Shown piece by piece: positions 59,553 through 64,000 of a DNA stretch of 64,000 nt. The notes beneath the pieces are model-generated. The model saw only the letters and a program-made list of their open reading frames with translations, did no database searches and was not told the origin of the DNA. Made by a program: the position numbers and the translations under genes. This DNA comes from an uncultured Chitinophaga sp. (lineage in GTDB: Bacteria; Planctomycetota; Phycisphaerae; Phycisphaerales; SM1A02). The first letter of the stretch is position 1, and each line of letters opens with the position of its first letter. The stretch covers positions 5,646-69,645 of the forward strand of contig CAYTYU010000001.1 of assembly GCA_964440815.1 (NCBI GenBank). The letters run 5' to 3'.

Positions 59553-60941
59553 TCAGGTCACCGCGGGCAGCTCGAACCCCGCGCGGTAGGTGCGGCGCAC
59601 GATCGTGCGGTTCGCCTCGTCGTGGTTGGTGATCGACGCGGTGGAGCGGTCCCACCGCAGCTCCTGGCCCGGGAACCGCGCGGCGCGCACGCACAGGAGC
59701 CCGGCCTCGGCCATGCCGGCGGCGTACTGGAACGGCGACTGCACGAAGGCGTCGTCCTTGCCCATGATGCGGTTCACCCACGCGTGCCAGTGGTTGCGGC
59801 CGCGCACCTCGCCCTGTCCGGGGATCTGCCGCCAGTCGACGGAAACGCCGTCGATCCACACCTGCAGCTGGCCCTCGGGTTCCACGAGCAGGACGCCCCC
59901 CTCGCAGACGACGAGCGTGCCCATGCCCGGCCAGTCGCCGGCCGGCAGCCCGAGCGATGCGCGCGACGGCGCCTGGCCCTTGTCGCGGTAGTGGAGGACG
60001 AAGTCGCGCCGCGCGAAGCGGTCGCCCGACACCGGGTAGGTGAGCGTCGAGGAGACGTGCTGCGCGTGGTAGAAGTCGCTCGGCATCCGCGTGTGCGACA
60101 CCACCGCGATCGGCGACGGCAGGTTGTAGGCGAAGTACGGGACGTCGAGGAGGTGCGTGCACCAGTCACCGAGCTGCCCGGTGCCGTAGTCCCAGCTCGA
60201 GCGCCAGCGCAGGCCGACCAGTCCCTCGCGGTGCGGGGCGTCCTCGGCGGCGCCGAGCCAGAGCGGCCAGTCGACGTTCGCGGGCGGCGGCGTCGGGTCC
60301 TTCAGCCCGCCGTACCAGAAGTAGCCGTCGCCGCCGTCCGGCGGGCCGGCCACCCACACGTGCGCCTCGACCGCCTTGCCGAGCAGGCCGCGGCGCAGGA
60401 TGTCGACCGCGTGCTGGCGGCCGGGCGGGCCCATCCGCTGGTTGCCCACCTGCGTGACCAGGCGGGGCCGGGCGTTCGCGGCCGCGAGGATGGCGGGCAC
60501 CTCGGCAAGCTGCTGCACGAGCGGCTTCTGCCCGTAGACGTGCTTGCCCGCGCGCAGCGCCCACATCATGATCACCGCGTGGTTGTGGTCGGGCGTGCAC
60601 ACCACCACGCCGTCGAAGCGGTCGCCGTGTCGGTCGAACGCCTCCCGGAAGTCGCGGCAGGCGAACGCGTCGGGGTGCTCGGCCGACACCTGCGCGAGCG
60701 CATCCGAGTCGACGTCGCAGAAGCCCGTGAAGGCGACGTCCGGATGCTGCTTCAGCTCGTGCCGGTCGGCGCCGGCGATGCTGCCGCCCACGCCCACCTG
60801 CAGGAGCTGGAGCTTCTCCAGGCGCCCGGGGCGGGCACGGCGAGGCGCCGCGGCGGAGGCGACGCGGCCGAGCAGCGAATCCGCCGCCAGCCCGCCGGCG
60901 GCGAGCGCGGTGGCGGCGAGCATCGTGCGGCGGTCCATCAT
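59553..60941 (-). CDS. Gfo/Idh/MocA family oxidoreductase with twin-arginine signal
   Basis: TAT-like N-terminus MMDRRTMLAATALAAGGLA. The Rossmann part is LQVGVGGSIAG...VVVCTPDHNHAVI..ALRAGKHVYGQKP. Confidence 0.85.
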   Translation of the reverse strand: MMDRRTMLAATALAAGGLAADSLLGRVASAAAPRRARPGRLEKLQLLQVGVGGSIAGADRHELKQHPDVAFTGFCDVDSDALAQVSAEHPDAFACRDFREAFDRHGDRFDGVVVCTPDHNHAVIMMWALRAGKHVYGQKPLVQQLAEVPAILAAANARPRLVTQVGNQRMGPPGRQHAVDILRRGLLGKAVEAHVWVAGPPDGGDGYFWYGGLKDPTPPPANVDWPLWLGAAEDAPHREGLVGLRWRSSWDYGTGQLGDWCTHLLDVPYFAYNLPSPIAVVSHTRMPSDFYHAQHVSSTLTYPVSGDRFARRDFVLHYRDKGQAPSRASLGLPAGDWPGMGTLVVCEGGVLLVEPEGQLQVWIDGVSVDWRQIPGQGEVRGRNHWHAWVNRIMGKDDAFVQSPFQYAAGMAEAGLLCVRAARFPGQELRWDRSTASITNHDEANRTIVRRTYRAGFELPAVT

Positions 60942-60951
60942 CGGGACGGCG

Positions 60952-61386
60952 TCAGTCGTGCAGCTCGATGGCGACGATCTTGTCGCCCTGCTTGATCTTG
61001 TCCACCACCTCGACGTTCTCGATCACCTTGCCGAAGCAGGTGTGCTTGCGGTCGAGGTGCGCGGTGTTGTCGCGCGAGTGGCAGATGAAGAACTGGGAGC
61101 CGCCCGTGTCCTTGCCGGCATGGGCCATCGACAGCACGCCGCGGTCGTGGCGCTGGTTGCCGCCGGAGGTCTCGCAGGCGATGTGGTAGCCGGGGCCGCC
61201 GCTGCCGGTGCCCTTGGGGCAGCCGCCCTGGATCACGAAGTCCGGGATCACGCGGTGGAACGTGAGCCCGTTGTAGAAGCCCTTGGAGGCGAGGGTGCGG
61301 AAGTTGGCGACGGTGTTGGGCGCATCGGCGTCGTAGAACTCGACGACCATGTCGCCCTTGGCGGTCTTGATGGTGGCCTTGGACAT
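60952..61386 (-). CDS. cyclophilin-type peptidyl-prolyl cis-trans isomerase
   Basis: [36 protein letters not shown]...[18 protein letters not shown], the canonical cyclophilin core. Confidence 0.92.
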   Translation of the reverse strand: MSKATIKTAKGDMVVEFYDADAPNTVANFRTLASKGFYNGLTFHRVIPDFVIQGGCPKGTGSGGPGYHIACETSGGNQRHDRGVLSMAHAGKDTGGSQFFICHSRDNTAHLDRKHTCFGKVIENVEVVDKIKQGDKIVAIELHD

Positions 61387-61494
61387 GGGCGGCGAGGATA
61401 GCCGCGGCGGCGGGGCGCGGCGCGGTGCGCCCTACAATGGTTCCCCTTCGGCGCGTCCGGCGCCGGCACCCACGAACCACTTCGAGGATCCGCG

Positions 61495-63738
61495 ATGTCC
61501 CAGGCCCCCACCATCATCTGGACGCACACCGACGAGGCCCCCGCGCTCGCGAGCTGCTCGCTGCTGCCGATCATCCGGTCGTTCGCCGGGCCGGCGGGGA
61601 TCCGCGTCGAGACGCGCGACCTCTCGCTGTCGGGCCGCATCCTGGCGGCGTTCCCCGAGTGCCTGAAGCCGGAGCAGCGCATTCCCGACGCGCTCGCCGA
61701 GCTCGGCCGCATGTGCCTGACGCCCGAGGCGAACATCATCAAGCTGCCGAACATCAGCGCGTCCGTGCCGCAGCTGAAGGCGGCGATCGCCGAGCTCCAG
61801 AAGCAGGGATTCGCGGTGCCGGGCTACGCCGACGAGCCGAGGACCGACGCCGAGCGCGAATCCAAGTCGCGCTACGACAAGGTCAAGGGCAGCGCCGTGA
61901 ACCCGGTGATCCGCGAGGGCAACTCCGACCGCCGTGCGCCCAAGGCGGTCAAGGACTACGCCCGCGCCAACCCGCACAAGATGGGTGCGTGGTCGCCGGA
62001 GGCGAAGTCCCGCGTGGCCTCGATGGACGCCGGCGACTTCTTCGGCAACGAGCGTTCGGTCACGGTGGCGGCTGACACGACGGCGCGGATTGAGTTCGTG
62101 CCCGCCGCCGGCGGCGCCGCGACGGTGCTGAAGGACGGCCTCAAGCTCGGCGCCGGCGACGTGGTCGACGGCACGTTCATGTCCCGCAAGGCGCTGGTCG
62201 AGTTCCTGGAGCGCACGGTGGCCGACGCGCGTGCGTCGGGCCTCCTGTGGTCGGTGCACCTGAAGGCCACGATGATGAAGGTCTCCGACCCGATCATCTT
62301 CGGCCACGCGGTGCGCGCCTTCTTCAAGCCGGTCTTCGAGCGCCACGGGGCCGCCCTCGCGCGCGCAGGGGTCGACCCGAACAACGGGTTCGGCGACGTC
62401 GTCGCGAAGGTCGCCGCGCTGCCCGCGGCGGAGCGTGCGGCCATCGAGGCAGACGTCGCGGCCGTGCACGCCGCCGGCCCGGCGATCGCCATGGTCGACT
62501 CCGACCGCGGCATCACCAACCTCCACGTCCCGAGCGACGTGATCATCGACGCCTCGATGCCCGCGATGCTCCGCGAGGGCGGCAAGATGTGGAACGCGCA
62601 GGGCAAGACCCAGGAGACGCTCGCGGTCATCCCCGACCGCTGCTACGCCGGCGTCTACCAGGCGGTGGTCGACTTCTGCCGCACGAACGGCGCCTTCGAC
62701 CCGCGCACCATGGGCAGCGTCCCGAACGTCGGGCTGATGGCGCAGGCCGCCGAGGAATACGGCAGCCACGACAAGACCTTCGAGATGAAGGCCGCCGGCA
62801 CCGTGCGCGTGGTGGATGCCGCGGGCAGCGTGCTGATGGAGCACCGCGTGGAGGCGGGCGACATCTGGCGCGCCTGCCGCACGCGCGACGCCGCGATCCG
62901 CGACTGGGTGAAGCTCGCGGTGGCGCGCGCCCGCGCGACCGGCACGCCGGCCGTCTTCTGGCTCGACGAGAAGCGTCCGCACGACGCGCAGGTGCTGGCC
63001 AAGGTGCGGCCCGCGCTCGCCGGGATGGACACCGCCGGCCTGGAAATCAAGGTGATGGCCCCCGCCGACGCCTGCCGCTGGTCGCTCGAGCGCATGAAGC
63101 AGGGCAAGGACACGATCTCGGTCACCGGCAACGTGCTGCGCGACTACCTGACCGACCTGTTCCCGATCCTGGAGCTCGGCACCAGCGCCAAGATGCTCTC
63201 GATCGTGCCCCTCATGAACGGCGGCGGCCTGTTCGAGACGGGCGCCGGTGGATCGGCGCCGAAGCACGTGCAGCAGTTCAACGCCGAGAACAGCCTGCGC
63301 TGGGACTCGCTCGGCGAGTTCATGGCGCTCGCCGCGAGCCTGGAGCACCTGGCCGCGCGCACCGGCAACGCGAAGGCGGCGGTGCTGGCCGAGACGCTCG
63401 ACGAGGCGACCGGCGAGTACCTGCGCAACAACCGCGGGCCCGCGCGCAAGGTCGGCGACCTCGACAACCGCGGCAGCCACTTCTACCTCGCGCTCTACTG
63501 GGCGCAGGCGCTCGCACGCCAGGCGAAGGATCGCGCGCTTGCCGCGCACTTCGCGCCGGTCGCGGCGGAACTGTCGGCCAACGAATCGACGATCGTGTCC
63601 GAGCTCAACGGGGCGCAGGGCCGGCCGGTCGATGTCGGGGGGTACTACCGACCGGACCCGAAGCGCGCCTCCGAGGCGATGCGCCCGAGCGCGACGCTCA
63701 ACGCGATCGTCGGGCAGGGCGCGGCCGTTCCGGCGTGA
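61495..63738 (+). CDS. icd: NADP-dependent isocitrate dehydrogenase, monomeric type
   Basis: 747 aa. The N-terminus [20 protein letters not shown] and the segments [12 protein letters not shown] and [12 protein letters not shown] are typical of the ~740-aa monomeric IDH family. Confidence 0.9.
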   Translation: MSQAPTIIWTHTDEAPALASCSLLPIIRSFAGPAGIRVETRDLSLSGRILAAFPECLKPEQRIPDALAELGRMCLTPEANIIKLPNISASVPQLKAAIAELQKQGFAVPGYADEPRTDAERESKSRYDKVKGSAVNPVIREGNSDRRAPKAVKDYARANPHKMGAWSPEAKSRVASMDAGDFFGNERSVTVAADTTARIEFVPAAGGAATVLKDGLKLGAGDVVDGTFMSRKALVEFLERTVADARASGLLWSVHLKATMMKVSDPIIFGHAVRAFFKPVFERHGAALARAGVDPNNGFGDVVAKVAALPAAERAAIEADVAAVHAAGPAIAMVDSDRGITNLHVPSDVIIDASMPAMLREGGKMWNAQGKTQETLAVIPDRCYAGVYQAVVDFCRTNGAFDPRTMGSVPNVGLMAQAAEEYGSHDKTFEMKAAGTVRVVDAAGSVLMEHRVEAGDIWRACRTRDAAIRDWVKLAVARARATGTPAVFWLDEKRPHDAQVLAKVRPALAGMDTAGLEIKVMAPADACRWSLERMKQGKDTISVTGNVLRDYLTDLFPILELGTSAKMLSIVPLMNGGGLFETGAGGSAPKHVQQFNAENSLRWDSLGEFMALAASLEHLAARTGNAKAAVLAETLDEATGEYLRNNRGPARKVGDLDNRGSHFYLALYWAQALARQAKDRALAAHFAPVAAELSANESTIVSELNGAQGRPVDVGGYYRPDPKRASEAMRPSATLNAIVGQGAAVPA

Positions 63739-63816
63739 GCCGCGTGACCCGCAGCCGGGCGCGTGCGCCGTCGAAGCGGCGCGGGCGCGCGGCGCGACGG
63801 CCCGAAAAACGAAGCA

Positions 63817-63836
63817 GGCTCCGATTTCTCGGAGCC
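63817..63836. terminator. perfect 8-bp hairpin ggctccga-tttc-tcggagcc; read on the minus strand it is followed by a T-rich tract (TGCTTCGTTTTTC)
   Basis: Read directly, 79 nt downstream of the icd stop. The T run (aaaaacgaagca on plus, 63805..63816) lies on the left side, so it is a canonical intrinsic terminator only for a minus-strand transcript. It could still act as the hairpin terminator for icd. Confidence 0.5.
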
Positions 63837-63850
63837 ACACTTCAGGTGCC

Positions 63851-64000
63851 TGTCGTTCGGAAGGCTCGGTTCCCGTCGAGCCCGCCGTCAGGCGGTCGGG
63901 GGTGCTGGGTTTCCCGTCCAGCGTCCCCGAGTTGTCTGCCCAGCGACCGGTTTCCCGTCGGTCGTCAGGCTGTCAGTTCCGTCGGCGGGTTCCCGTCCGC
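63851..64000. repeat. array of at least four hairpins (39-41 nt spacing) with variable stems and conserved loop GTT(T)CCCGT; candidate structured ncRNA, truncated by the window end
   Basis: H1 63863..63882 ggctcg-gttcccgt-cgagcc. H2 63904..63922 gctgg-gtttcccgt-ccagc. H3 63944..63964 cgaccg-gtttcccgt-cggtcg. H4 63985..64000 gcgg-gttcccgt-ccgc. The stems differ but stay complementary. There is an extra partial motif, cagttccgtcgg, at 63975..63986. Confidence 0.75.

Noticed and set aside
63851-64000. CRISPR array, tRNA-like T-arm, or REP/BIME element as an explanation for the right-edge repeats.
   Set aside because: The conserved part is only 9-11 nt and sits in the loops, while the flanking stems vary, whereas CRISPR and REP elements have the opposite pattern. 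GGTTCCCGTC does not match the GGTTCGAATCC T-arm consensus, and no acceptor or anticodon arms can be drawn.
1-64000. Mobile elements, prophage, genomic-island borders, tRNA or rRNA genes.
   Set aside because: I recognised no transposase, integrase or recombinase motifs, no long terminal inverted or direct repeats, no tRNA-like cloverleaf candidates in the intergenic gaps, and no obvious compositional break apart from short AT-rich promoter patches.

Overview
This is a 64-kb, very GC-rich (by eye about 70 %, not computed) bacterial chromosomal segment. It is densely coding on both strands, with about 55 protein genes plus 3 decayed genes. I recognised no rRNA, tRNA, CRISPR array, transposase, integrase or phage genes. 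Because of the GC content, most of the very long ORFs in the supplied track are out-of-frame shadows rich in Arg/Ala/Gly/Pro. I called genes from recognisable sequence motifs, hydrophobicity patterns and start-site context (GGAGG-like SD, ATGA/GTGA overlaps). The gene content suggests a Planctomycetota/Phycisphaerae-like organism (inference). The supporting genes are DUF1573, several PEP-CTERM proteins, dockerin-like DxxxDGxVDxxDLGxLLxxWG tails, a TAT-signal Gfo/Idh/MocA enzyme and a DUF11 lipoprotein. Contents from left to right: (1) a DTE-motif proton-pump rhodopsin plus blh retinal synthase; (2) a thioredoxin-like lipoprotein, a fatty-acid desaturase and an oversized di-haem peroxidase; (3) a DUF1573 / ECF sigma / anti-sigma operon; (4) a beta-propeller protein; (5) an RND permease plus adaptor; (6) OprO/P-like and OprB-like porins; (7) an APH/P-loop kinase; (8) a CPA2 antiporter; (9) PEP-CTERM and NTF2-like proteins and a TPMT-family methyltransferase; (10) DUF1345-like and DUF2339 membrane proteins; (11) thiD start-stop-overlapped with a cyclic-nucleotide-gated K+ channel; (12) a DUF892 protein; (13) a decayed porin paralogue; (14) a DUF11 lipoprotein; (15) a ThiS-ThiF fusion; (16) DUF4139; (17) an ArnT-like glycosyltransferase; (18) a Ser/Thr kinase; (19) two tandem PEP-CTERM paralogues separated by a (GGAACT)n microsatellite; (20) a GAF-PAS histidine kinase plus LuxR-type regulator next to a stress island (small DUF2934-like ORF, PIMT-erythromycin-esterase fusion, BON, Hsp20); (21) GT2 plus deacetylase; (22) a SulP-beta-carbonic-anhydrase fusion; (23) a C39-like ABC exporter whose ATPase motifs are all substituted, plus a HlyD adaptor; (24) an ABC importer operon with a tandem-duplicated binding protein and an embedded STAS-domain protein; (25) a Gfo/Idh/MocA oxidoreductase, a cyclophilin and a monomeric isocitrate dehydrogenase; (26) at the right edge, an array of hairpins with variable stems and a conserved loop (candidate structured RNA), cut by the window end.
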